From Haliotis cracherodii (taxonomy: Eukaryota): a stretch of DNA of 64,000 bases. Location: contig NW_027266343.1 of the NCBI RefSeq assembly GCF_022045235.1, positions 8,804,001 through 8,868,000 on the forward strand. Direction: 5' to 3'. Shown here one piece after another: positions 35,470-49,176 of this stretch. Both the position numbers and the translations under genes were made by a program. The notes under the pieces were generated by a model that made no database searches, was not told the DNA's origin, and was given only the letters and a program-made list of their open reading frames with translations. Every line of letters starts with the position of its first letter. Positions within the stretch are counted from its first letter, which is position 1.

Positions 35470-36275
35470 ATGAAGGTACTTGCTGTCACCATTGTCTGCC
35501 TTGTTGCCATAACAAGAACGCACGGTTTTGGAATTGGTTTCCCTCCTTTCGGTGGGATCGGCATTCCTCATTTCGGTGGGATCGGCATTCCCCACTTCGG
35601 CCTTGGAATTCACCCCTTCGGTCTTGGGATTCCTCCTCTCGGACATGGAATTTCCCCTTACGGATTTGGTGTTTCCCCTTACGGACTTGGTGTTTCCCCT
35701 CTTGGTCTCGGCTCAGGGCTCCCCAACCAAGGATTAGTCCATCCAGGGTTACAGGGCGCTGGTGCCATTCAATCCAATGGTAATGGTAAGTGAATTATTG
35801 CACTTTGATAGAACCGTTAACAGTAAATGAGAACACGGACAACCTTGCTGATGTTTTTCAAGGTTTATTATCAAGTAATACATCTCCTATTTATTTATTT
35901 TCTATTCTAAAGATTCTGGTTCTGGTACGATCTCGATGTCTTTATAAATTTACAGAAATGAACATACAGTAAATAAGAAACATGGCTTAATAGTCAGTTC
36001 ATTTTATTTTATCTCGATGCTTATACAATTGATACAAAAGAAACCAGCAGTAGATCAGAAACATGACTACAGTGTTGATGTGTTTGTACAAAAATGCATT
36101 AGGTATCGTGTCAAAGTCAGTTTATTGTCTTTTGTCTCCTGCAGGTCCTGTGTATGTTGATCTCGACGCTAATGCTGCTGCTGCCCCCTCTGCTGCTGCT
36201 CCCACGACTATTGCAGCAACTGCTGTTGCTCCGATAGGACCTGCTGCATATGACCCCACCTACATGATACTCTAA
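35470..36275 (+). CDS. Secreted Gly/Pro heptad-repeat protein B2, 148 aa; join(35470..35785,36145..36275)
   Basis: TATAAAA 34719-34725, donor 34799, acceptor 35456. Tail GPVYVDLDANAAAAPSAAAPTTIAATAVAPIGPAAYDPTYMIL*. AATAAA 36469-36474. Confidence 0.9.
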
Positions 36276-39200
36276 ATGAATAGAAACAGTGTCTTAGTTC
36301 GGGTATTCAAAATCAAGGCTATCCATTCTGGTTCAGCCAGTTTTGCATTGATAGTATTGGTGTCAGATACTGTCAGTATTCCTTCAAGCAGTTGTGTCTT
36401 CAAAGTTGACATGATTTCCATTCTAAACAAAGATGTTTGGGATGTAATCGCTTATATGTATAACTGTTAATAAATATCCTTACAGTATATTTATGTGTTG
36501 TATGTTCAATGATTTCCAATCCATACATGACCAGTACACTACACGGAAACACACGTCTATCATGATGATTTCACTCGGAGATATAGATATATATCGGACT
36601 TAACAACTGACTTGCCTTTGCATGTGTTTGTGACGGGTGCCACCAGTGGGACAGGAAACGCTCACCTTTTCGCGGACACTTGGTATCATTACTATTTGAT
36701 AGTGATTCATAAACATATTCTCATGATATAGTTGGCATCGTACTGTCGACTCTGCTTTATGCAGAGATTTCTATTGGGTATGGAAAGAGTTTTGTCACTT
36801 CATTTTTTTCCCTTTGGTGAAACCCACGAGCACGGAGGTGGTGCAGACAATTCAGAAACAAATTGGAGTAAGAGATCATGATTGAATATATAACATAATG
36901 TAATTATATTAAAGAACTTGCTTAACTTTCATTTTAATCCCTGTGTTTATATTTATTCCTCTTGCATGTAATTTGATTCCTGTTCGCAAACTCTTTCTGT
37001 AAGACTTGTACGTTTGATTAGTTCATTCATTCACGCTTTCATAAGTTTGATAAACGGAAACAAGAAAGCATGTCTTGTGATGTTGGTTTAGTCGTTGAAT
37101 AAAAACTGCTTAGATGTATCATAAACTACATAAACGTGTCATACAATAGGAAATGCTAGGTGTATTAAATCGTCTGCTGACTGATCTACTGAGAAAATGG
37201 CCGTATAAAGGGAATCAGTCAATGTAATCAAAATGAAAATACACGAATGCTGAATGCACTTTTTGCAGTGTTATATGAAATATAGCTGTAGTTGTGGGGG
37301 AGATGAATGGTTTGGGACAGCAACATAAACTGACACTATAGAGCACATATATGTGGCGTCAAACTGCAAAATGGGCTTAAAAGTTGTAGCCGTTGAATGA
37401 TCTACATTGAAAGAAACCCGTCTTGCTATACAGATTAAAATACACAATAATCATCAACCATCTTTATCTTGGAGAAGTCATATAGCTGCAATAGTTCTGA
37501 GTGCGGTGTTACAAACAAACAAAATTGAATCAGTTGTGATGCTGACTTGTCAAAGCACGGGACAGGTAAAATTGTTCCACCCGGTCCGATATATGGGATC
37601 AACTTTTGGCCTGCAGACTTGTCAATTTATCTTTCGTACTGGATTCCAAAGCTCAAAAATATCTGTATACAGAGATATATATTACTGGATCCAGCAAATG
37701 TACTCACCGAATCCATGTCTCAAAGATTAACCATAGTTCTTAATACAATCAAGGAAGCATTGCCTTTATATTCACAGAAAGTATTTGTGACAAGTGCAAT
37801 TATGACACCGTTCATTCTCAAAAACTTAAAATATTTGCTTGAATGTGTTGCAATCTCGGAAAATTATTATTAATTACATTAATAATTTAAGCAAACTTAA
37901 GGGGAAATTTCATTTTTTCACCCATGGCGAATTTGTCACTAAATGTGATGACAATATGTATAGTTACAACTTTATTATCAAAGGTTCAGGGCAATTTGTG
38001 AGAAATGTCACCTGAAGTTAACTGATAAAACAATGTGTGAAATCCAGGTTTTCCTCAAAGACAACATCTTTGGGAGCTTTAGAAATAGGATATGCAGGAA
38101 TGATGTACATGTATTCATCCCCATGGACACTAATTATGCTCCCCTCTCAACTGATTTGTTTCTTTATGCATATGAATTGCATTGTCAGAATCTAAACAAG
38201 GGCATTTGGTCAAGAGGTATAATCTAAGCTGCAGGTATATCGATGATCTGATATCGTTCAATAAAGATCAATAATGGCAGGATACTTTCACCTTTTCGCC
38301 ATCCCCTGGCATCATCACTAATCAATAGTTTCTCATAAACACATACTTATTAAAGGGTCAAAACCGTAAAATAAACTTTGCATTCAGCAGATATGTCTTA
38401 TGATTATGATGAAGTTATAGTCAATTCAATTTTAAGTATTTACCCGCACTAGAAATTGTAGATTTATACACCTACGTATACCTCCATATTTTGCACTAGT
38501 CTACTAATTTCGAAATAACGACAGTCGTAATTCATATATACAAACACTCTTCAAAAAAAAAGAAACGCACAGGTAGTATGTAGTTCATTGAAGCTGACTA
38601 CGAGAACGAGATACTGAGTTTATCGCAACCTTGTGCCCTTATGTGACATGACAATGAACAGTTTTCAATGCCTTTGTACAACGACAACATGTGACTATCG
38701 AGCTCCAAAATTTCATATTTGCATCTATGAGAATATTAAATTAAATATATCGACTTCATTAGGTACAATGCAATTACTAAAAATCTACCTGTGCGTTTCT
38801 TTTTTTGAAGAGTGTATACACACAAACACACACACACACACACATGTACACAGATTCACAGACAATTCAAAACGCGTTGGCATTGATACCTGATTTTCTT
38901 CCAACTATGTATTAGTCGTAAAAACTGCTTGTTTTTGCGATTCGCTATCTAGAGTTGCGCCCTTTTGCACGCCAGAAACCTATGATTGTTGGTTCGAATC
39001 CCGTTCGCCCTCATTATGTTTCTAGGTTTGTCAGCAAGATACCCGTGCTCGTGGGTTTCACCGAAGTGGTAAACGTTTGAGACCTGCATCACTTCGGGCT
39101 TTCCTCACACATGAAGCTGACACGCCGCGATATAACTGGAATACTGTTAAAAGCGGTGTTAAACCCAAATAACTCACTCACTCAACCAAAACAATGTATC

Positions 39201-40932
39201 TGTAACGGTAATAGGTAACTGGTACATTAATACACTTCGTAACATTTCGACATTCATTTTTGTATGAGTTTTATGCAGAATGTACACAGACACCTTTCTG
39301 TATCTGTGTATACATAATACAAATTTAGAAAAAAACACTAAACATACAGTTTGACTCTTGGTATGTATTTTTATTATGACCCAAGAAATAAGAATAATAT
39401 CTGGATAGTGTATGATGAGTAAAGTTGATAACATTGAATGACATAAATGGGTTGTCACTTAAACTATTCACACTCCAATACAGTGTTACCCGACCCATTT
39501 CTGTTACCAATGGGTATAACCACTTTACAACCGCTTTCATTGCCAACTGTCCTCTTAATTGAAACTCAGTGTGATAATGGTGATATGTGTGATCAGTCCA
39601 CTTTAAACAGGTAAGATTGGCAATTAAGCAGAAAGAGAAATATTGTAGAATAAAAACGAATTAAAAATCTCCATTGCTAAGTTCTACAAGTTCTCATCTG
39701 ATCTAATAGTACCATACACTAACTTATGTTTAACAATTTATCTGAGAAAGCACATTTTTAAATCTCTTAGAACTTAGGAGTTATCATTCCTAAGAGTGGG
39801 GATAAACAAAATCCAAATAATTATGGAGTCAAATAGCAGCTAAGTGTATTCAGTACATTATATACGTCTGTGCTCAACAAGACTGGTGTTCTGGTCAAAT
39901 GCATATGCTGTTGATAATATATTTATTTTGCAAGTAATTATCCAACGGCATTTGTCTTAGAAGAGGGTAAGGTTTATGCTGCATATGTTGATTTTTCAAA
40001 AGCCTCAAATCATGGTGTGTTTTAAAGAATTATAGTGGTTTTTTTGCAAGGATATTACATGCTTTGCAATCTATTTAAAACGCCTTGAAATTAGAAGATG
40101 AACAAACTGTGTTTTCAATGTTCACCTTAGTTAACTGTAGATTTAACCGTGTTAAATTTAATTTGGAAACAAACGCTCAACGTGAGTTTTCAAAAAGCAC
40201 ATTTAGCGCAGGAGAATGCGACCGATATCGAACTATAATTTTATCCATAGAAAACGTGTTTCAAAGTATCGCTGCAGTATTCTGCGAGTGCCTGAAAGTA
40301 GATATGTGAATAGGTGTTATAATATGATGTTTCATACATCAGAAAATGGGAAATGTGATTAATTGGGCTTCAAAAGTTAGCAAAAATGTCTTTTTCTGCC
40401 TGATTTGACTATGTATGTGAACAACAATTTAAGCATAATACTTTTCACATATTATTAATTATCTTGTATTTTTATTTCGTGTGAAGGTAATATATATGGT
40501 AAATTGTAGGGTGATGGGCTCCTTCCGGGTATTGAAACCAATAGTTATACCTTTTGTAAACAATCCGTTTGCACGGAATTGTATTTTGAGGCTATAACAG
40601 TTTCCAAATTTAAAGTAGCTCAGGCTCGTTTTAAATGTAGTTCACACCAATTAAAAATAATAACAAGAGGATCTAACGGCAGCCAAGACAACTGCAAGTA
40701 CGTGAACTATGTTGTTGTTACACTACCGAAGATAAGGTTCTCTTTGCTATGATTTGGAATGCATTAGAGCAACATATATTCGTCACAATGTACCCATCTT
40801 GTTGTATATAAAAGGGAATGTCTTCCTGTGATACACGTACAATTAGAAGTTTTACAATTTACGTACATCATACAGTGTAAATTGTTTTGAAAATAACATG
40901 AATTACTCTCTCCCTCTCTCTTTATCTCTCTC

Positions 40933-40970
<38 letters not shown>

Positions 40971-41841
40971 TCATGTATTCACCCTATATGTGTAATGAGC
41001 TGATGAATTCCTCACATTTCTTGAATCAACGTCTGTAAGGAATGACAGAATTTAATGACAACTGTTGCCGTCAATCAATGAGTCCTTGTCAATAAATACT
41101 ATCACACAGCTAACATAGACTGGCCATCGTTGTATAATACGTTGACAACTCGTCATAGTGCAGACACATTTACAATTTATGACCGTAAGTGGACCGGTGC
41201 ATATGACCGTCTGTCTAAGTATAAAAGGTTGACGTTTTGATGCTGACTTCACTTTCCGATTCGGACTCTCCTCGTAGACCTATTCTGATCTGTAGAAAAG
41301 TAAGTATTCTTGTGTGCAGTTTAATGTCGTCATCGCATATATTAATTTCATTTCATGTTCACATGAAGTACTTGCATGGTATATGGAACCGGATCCTTCT
41401 CACGGATTATCCATGTGCACGAATATAATTATTTACATAATTCTTACCGCTCTGTTTATGACGGAATACATATTATTGCATTTTCTTAAACATCTTAATA
41501 TGCAGTGATGGGAACAAGTGGACGTTTCTGGGTGATTGTTATTTCATTCGGACAAAGGCGATATTACAACGTTTTGAGTTGTCAAAGTCAGTGTGTATGT
41601 GAATATACAAACGTGTTTGATAACATGTAAATATGCGTTTAAAATTTAGGATGGAGTTGAATATAAAGTGGCCTTTGTTAATATAGTTTTAGTTCTCAGT
41701 GAAGAAAGCTAAAATTGTTTACAGTATATCCTTCATTTGAATTTGTAAATCATCGTCAACAAAGAAATGACGTCAATAAATATTTCACTGTTTCAATTAA
41801 CACATATACATTTTCTCTTACTTCCCAGATTCTAATAAACC

Positions 41842-42620
41842 ATGAAGGTACTTGCTGTCACCATTGTCTGCCTTGTTGCCATAACAAGAACGCACGGTTT
41901 TGGAATTGGTTTCCCTCCTTTCGGTGGGATCGGCATTCCTCCTTTCGGCCTAGGGATTCCCCACTTCGGCCTTGGAATTCCCCCCTTTGGTCTTGGAATT
42001 CACCCCTTCGGTCTTGGGATTCCTCCTCTCGGACATGGAATTTCCCCTTACGGACTTGGTGTTTCCCCTCTTGGTCTTGGCTCAGGGCTCCCCAACCAAG
42101 GATTAGTCCATCCAGGGTTACAGGGCGCTGGTGCCATTCAATCCAATGGTAATGGTAAGTGCATTATTGCATTGTGATAGAAACGCTAACAGTTAATGAG
42201 AACACGGACAACCTTGCTGATGTGTTTCAAGGTTTATTATCAAGTAATACATCTCCTATTTATTTATTTTCTATTCTACAGATTCTGGTTCTGGTACGAT
42301 CTCGATGTCTTTATAAATTTACAGAAATGAACATACAGTAAATAAGAAACATGGCTTAATAGTCAGTTCATTTTATTTTATCTCGATGCTTATGCAATTG
42401 ATACAAAAGAAACCAGCAGTAGATCAGAAACATGACTACAGTGTTGATGTGTTTGTACAAAAATGCATTAGGTATCGTGTCAAAGTCAGTTTATTGTCTT
42501 TTGTCTCCTGCAGGTCCTGTGTATGTTGATCTCGACGCTAATGCTGCTGCTGCCCCCTCTGCTGCTGCTCCCACGACTATTGCCGCAACTGCTGTTGACC
42601 CCACCTACATGATACTCTAA
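41842..42620 (+). CDS. Secreted Gly/Pro heptad-repeat protein B3, 139 aa; join(41842..42154,42514..42620)
   Basis: TATAAAA 41220-41226, donor 41300. Short tail ...PTTIAATAVDPTYMIL* (24-nt in-frame deletion relative to B2). AATAAA 42816-42821. Confidence 0.9.
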
Positions 42621-45600
42621 ATGAATAGAAACAGTGTCTTAGTTCGGGATGAAACAAAAGCAGGGCTATCCATTCTGGTTCAGCCAGTTTTGCATTGATA
42701 GTGTTGGTGTCAGATATTATCAGTATTGCTTCAAGCAGTTGTGTCTTCAAAGTTGACATGTTTTGCATTCTAAACAAAGATGTTTGGGATGTAATCGCTT
42801 ATATGTATAACTGTTAATAAATATCCTTACAATACATTCATGTGTTGTATGTTCAATGATTTCCAATCCATACATGACCAGTACACTACACGGTAACACA
42901 CGTCTATCATGATGATTTCACTCGGAGATATAGATATATATCGGACTTAACAACTGACTTGCCTTTGCATGTGTTCGTGACGGGTGCCACCAGTGGGGCA
43001 GGAAACGCTCACCTTTTCGCGGACACCTAGCATCATTACTATTTGATAGTGATTCATAAACATATTCTCATGATATAGTTGGCATCGTACTGTCGACTCT
43101 GCTTTATGCAGAGATTTCTATTGGGTATGGAAAGAGTTTTGTCACTTCTTTTTTTCACTTTGGTGAAACCCACGAGCACGGAGGTGGTGCAGACAATTCA
43201 GAAACAAATTGGAGTAAGAGATCATGATTGAATATATAACATAATGTAATTATATTAAAGAACTTGCTTAACTTTCATTTTAATCCCTGTGTTTATATTT
43301 ATTCCTCTTGCATGTAATTTGATTCTTGTTCGCAAACTCTTTCTGTAAGACTTGTACGTTTGATTAGTTCATTCATTCACGCTTTCATAAGTTTGATAAA
43401 CGGAAACAAGAAAGCATGCCTTGTGATGTTGGTTTAGTCGTTGAATAAAAACTGCTTAGATGTATCATAAAGTACATAAACGTGTCATACAATAGGAAAT
43501 GCTAGGTGTATTAAATCGTATGCTGACTGATCTACTGAGAGAATGGCCGTATAAAGGGAATCAGTCAATGTTAACAAAATGAAAATACACGAATGCTGAA
43601 TGCACTTTTTGCAGTGTTATATGAAATATAGCTGTAGTTGTGGGGGAGATGAATGGTTTGGGACAGCAACATAAACTGACACTATAGAGCACATATATGT
43701 GGCGTCAAACTGCAAAATGGGCTTAAAAGTTGTAGCCGTTGAATGATCTACATTGAAAGAAACCCGTCTTGCTATACAGATTAAAATACACGATAATCAT
43801 CAACCATCTTTATCTTGGAGAAGTCATATAGCTGCAATAGTTCTGAGTGCGGTGTTACAAACAAACAAAATTGAATCAGTTGTGATGCTGACTTGTCAAA
43901 GCACGGGACAGGTAAAATTGTTCCACCCGGTCCGATATATGGGATCAACTTTTGGCCTGCAGACTTGTCAATTTATCTTTCGTACAGGATTCCAAAGCTC
44001 AAAAATATCTGTATACAGAGATATATATTACTGGATCCAGCAAATGTACTCACCGAATCCATGTCTCAAAGATTAACCATAGTTCTTTATACACCCAAGG
44101 AAGCATTGCCTTTATATTCACAGAAAGTATTTGTGACAAGTGCAATTAAGACACCGTTCATTCTCAAAAACTTAAAATATTTGCTTGAATGTGTTGAAAT
44201 CTCGGAAAATTATTATTAATTACATTAATAATTTAAGCAAACTTAAGGGGAAATTTCATTTTTTCACCCATGGCGAATTTGTCACTAAATGTGATGACAA
44301 TATGTATAGTTACAACTCTGTTATCAAAGGCTCAGGGCAATTTGTGAGAAATGTCACCTGAAGTTAACTGATAAAACAATGTGTGAAATCCTGTTTTTCC
44401 TCAAAGACAACATCTTTGGGAGCTTTAGAAATAGGATATGCAGGAATGATGTACATGTATTCATCCCCATGGACACTAATTATGCTCCCCTCTCAACTGA
44501 TTTGTTTCTTTATGCATATGAATTGCATTGTCAGAATCTGAACAAGGACATTTGGTCAAGAGGTATAATCTAAGCTGCAGGTATATCGATGATCTGATAT
44601 CGTTAAATAAAGATCAATAATGGCAGGATACTTTCACCTTTTCGCCATCCCCTGGCATCATCACTAATTGATAGTGACTCATAAACACATGCTTATTAAA
44701 GGGTCAAAACCGTAAAATAAACTTTGCTTTCAGCAGATATTTCTTATGATTATGGTGAAGTTTTAGTCGCTTTAATTTTAAGTATTTACCCGCACTAGAA
44801 ATTGTAGATTTATACACCTACGTATACCTCCATGTTTTGCACTAGTCTACTAATTTCGAAATAACGACAGCCGTAATTCATATGTACAAACACTCTTCCA
44901 AAAAAAGAAACGCACAGGTAGTATGTAGTTGATTAAAGCTGACTACGAGAACGAGATACTGATTTCAGCGCAACATTGTGCCCTTATGTGACATGACAAT
45001 AAACAGTTTTCAATGCCTTTGTACAACGATAACATGTGACTATCGAGCTCCATAATTTCATATTTGCATCTATGAGAATATTAAATTAAATATATCGACT
45101 TCATATCGACAATGCATTTACTAAAAATCTACCTGTGCGTTTCTTTTTTTGGAAGAGTGTATATACAAACATACACAAGCTTGGCGATCACGTGTCTCCG
45201 TGTGTTAAAGCTGATAACCTTATCCTTTACGTTTATGTATGTTCTACACAGTACGTTGCCCATTTTCAGTCCAGACTTCAGCATTGTAATATAACCTTAT
45301 GTACCTCAACAAAAACAGGGTGCACGGGTGGCCCAGTCGTCTTAGGCGCCGCAATTTGCTATCTAGAGTTGCGTCCCTTTTGCATGTCAGATAACTATGA
45401 TTATCGGTTCGAATCCCGGTTCGCCCCGATTATGTTTCTAGGGTTGTCAACACGATACCCGTGCTCGTGGGTTTCACCGAAGTGGTAAACGTCTGAGACC
45501 TGCATCACTTGGGGCTTTCTTCCCACATTAAGCTGACACGCCGCGATATAACTGGAATACTGTTAAAAGCGGCGTTAAACCCAAATCACTCACTCACTCA

Positions 45601-48370
45601 ACCAAAACAGTGTATCTGTAGCGGTAATAGTAACTGGTACATTAATACACTTCATAACATTTCGACATTCATTTTTGTATGAGTTTTATGCAGAATGTAC
45701 ACAGACACCTTTCTGTATCTGTGTATACATAATACAAATTTAGAAAAACAACTAAACATACAGTTTGACTCTTGGTATGTATTTTCATTATGACCCAAGA
45801 AATAAGAATAATATCTGGATAGTGTATGATGCACATATTGAGTAAAGCTGATAACATTGAATGACATAAATGGGTTGTCACTTAAACTATTCAGACTACA
45901 ATATAGTGTTACCCAACCCATTTCTGTTACCAATGGGTATAACCACTTTACGACCGCTTTCATTGCCAACTGTCCTCTTAATTGAAACTCAATGTGATAA
46001 TGGGGATATGTGTGACCAATCCACTTTAGACAGGTAAGATTGGCAGTTAAGCAGAAAAGGAAATATTGTAGAGTAAAAACGAATTAAAAATCTCCATTGC
46101 TAAGTTCTACAAGTTCTCATCTGATCTAATAGTACCATATACAAACTTATGTGTAACAATTTATTTGAGAAAGCACATTTTTAAATCTCTTAGAACTTAG
46201 GAGTTATCATTCATAAGAGTGGGGATAAACAAAATCCAAATAATTATGGAGTCAAATAGCAGCCAAGTGTATTCAGTACATTATATACGTCTGTGCTCAA
46301 CAAGACTGGTGTTCTGGTCAAATGCATATGCTGTTGATAATATATTTATTTTGCAAGTAATTATCCAACGGCATTTGTTTAGGAAGAGGGTAAGGTTTAT
46401 GCTGCATATGTTGATTTTTCAAAAGCCTCAAATCATGGTGTGTTTTAAAGAATTATAGTGTTTTTTTTGCAAGGATATTACATGCTTTACAATCTGTTTA
46501 AAACGCCTTGAAATTAGAAGATAAACAAACTGTGTTTTCAATGTTCAGCTTAGTTAATTGTAGATTTAACCGTGTTAAATTTAATTTGAAAACAAACGCG
46601 CAACGTGAGTTTTCAAATAGCACATTTAGTGCAAGAGAATGCGACCGATATCGAACTATAGTTTTAACCATAGAAAACGTGTTTCAAAGTATCGCTGCAG
46701 TATTCTGCTAGTGCCTGAAAGTAGATATGTGAATAGGTGTTATAATATGATGTTTCATACATCAGAAAATGGGAAATGTGATTAATTGGGCTTCAAAAGT
46801 TAGCAAAAAAATCTTTTTCTGCCTGATTTGACTATGTATGTGAACAACAATCTAAGCATAATACTTTTCACATATAATTAATTATCTTGTATTTTTATTT
46901 CGTGTGAAGGTTATATATGGTAAATTGTAGGGTGATGGGCTCCTTCCGGGTATTGAAACCAATAGTTATACCTTTTGTAAATAATCCGTTTGCTCGGAAT
47001 TGTATGTTGAGGTTATAAAAGTTTCCAAATTTAAAGTAGCTCAGGTTCGTTTTAAATGTAGTTCACACCAATTGAAAATAAAAACAAGAGGATCTAACGG
47101 CAGCCAAGACAACTGCGAGTACGTGAACTATGTTGTTGTTACACTACCGAAGATAAGGTTCTCTTTGCTATGATTTGGAATGCATTAGAGCAACATATAT
47201 TCGTCAAAATTTACCCATCTTGTTGTATATAATAAGCGAATGTCTTCCTGTGATACACGTACAATTAGAAATCTTACAATGCAATGTAAATTGTATTTAA
47301 AATAACATGAATTACTCTCTCGATCCCTCTCTCTCTCTTTATCTCTCTCTCTCTCCACAATTTGTCATGTATTCACCCTATATGTGTAATGAGCTGATGA
47401 ATTCCTCACATTTCTTGAATCAACGTCTGTAAGGAATGACAGAATTTACTGTCCATTGTTGCCGTCAATCAATGAGTCCTTGTCAATAAATAACAACACT
47501 ATCACACAGCTAACATAGACTGGCCATCGTTGTATAATACATTGACAACTCGTCATAGTGCAGACACATTTACAATTTATGACCGTAAGTGGACCGGTGC
47601 ATATAACCGTCTGTCTTAGTATAAAAGGTTGACGTTTTGATGCAGACTTCACTTTCCGATTCGGACTCTCGTGGTAAACCTATTCTGATCCTTAGAAAAG
47701 TAAGTATTCATGTGTGCAGTTTAATGTCGCCATCGCATATATTAATTTCATTTCGTGTTCACATGAAGTACTTGCATGGTATATGGAACCGGATCCTTCT
47801 CACGGATTATCCATGTGCACGAATATAATTATTTACATAATTCTTACTGCTCTGTTCATGACGGAATACATATTATTGCATTTTCTTAAACATCTTAATA
47901 TGCAGTGATGGGAATGTTAGCATTATCATGTTATTCCAATCCAATCCTAAAAGAACAATAATTCAGATCACTGGATGCTTCATAATCTACTTTACATTCG
48001 ATTCAAATTACAAGAAGATAAAAATAAATATTATAACGATTTTGACGTTTCTGGGTGATTGTTATTTCATTCGGACAAAGGCGATATTTCAACTTATGAG
48101 TTGTCAAAGTCAGTGTGTTTGTGAATATACAAACGTGTTTGATAACATGTAAATATGCGTTTACAATTTAGGATGGAGTTGAATATAAAGCTGCTTTTTG
48201 TTCATATAGTTTTAGTTCTCAGTGAAGAAAGCTAAAATTGTTTACAGTATGTCCTTCATTTGCATTACATTTTGTAAATCATCGTCAACAAAGAAATGAC
48301 GTCAAAAAGTATTTCACGGTTTCAATTAACACATGTACATTTTCTCTTACTTCCCAGATTCTAATAAACC

Positions 48371-49176
48371 ATGAAGGTACTTGCTGTCACCATTGTCTGC
48401 CTTGTTGCCATAACAAGAACGCACGGTTTTGGAATTGGTTTCCCTCCTTTCGGTGGGATCGGCATTCCTCATTTCGGTGGGATCGGCATTCCCCACTTCG
48501 GCCTTGGAATTCACCCCTTCGGTCTTGGGATTCCTCCTCTCGGACATGGAATTTCCCCTTACGGATTTGGTGTTTCCCCTTACGGACTTGGTGTTTCCCC
48601 TCTTGGTCTCGGCTCAGGGCTCCCCAACCAAGGATTAGTCCATCCAGGGTTACAGGGCGCTGGTGTCATTCAATCCAATGGTAATGGTAAGTGAATTATT
48701 GCACGTTGATAGAACCGTTAACAGTAAATGAGAACACGGACAACCTTGCTGATGTTTTTCAAGGTTTATTATCAAGTAATACATCTCCTATTTATTTATT
48801 TTCTATTCTACAGATTCTGGTTCTGGTACGATCTCGATGTCTTTATAAATTTACAGAAAGGAACATACAGTAAATAAGAAACATGGCTTAATAGTCAGTT
48901 CATTTTATTTTATCTCGATGCTTATACAATTGATACAAAAGAAACCAGCAGTAGATCAGAAACATGACTACAGTGTTGATGTGTTTGTACAAAAATGCAT
49001 TAGGTATCGTGTCAAAGTCAGTTTATTGTCTTTTGTCTCCTGCAGGTCCTGTGTATGTTGATCTCGACGCTAATGCTGCTGCTGCCCCCTCTGCTGCTGC
49101 TCCCACGACTATTGCAGCAACTGCTGTTGCTCCGATAGGACCTGCTGCATATGACCCCACCTACATGATACTCTAA
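48371..49176 (+). CDS. Secreted Gly/Pro heptad-repeat protein B4, 148 aa; join(48371..48686,49046..49176)
   Basis: Nearly identical to B2 (GAI>GVI). TATAAAA 47620-47626, donor 47700, AATAAA 49370-49375. Confidence 0.9.
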
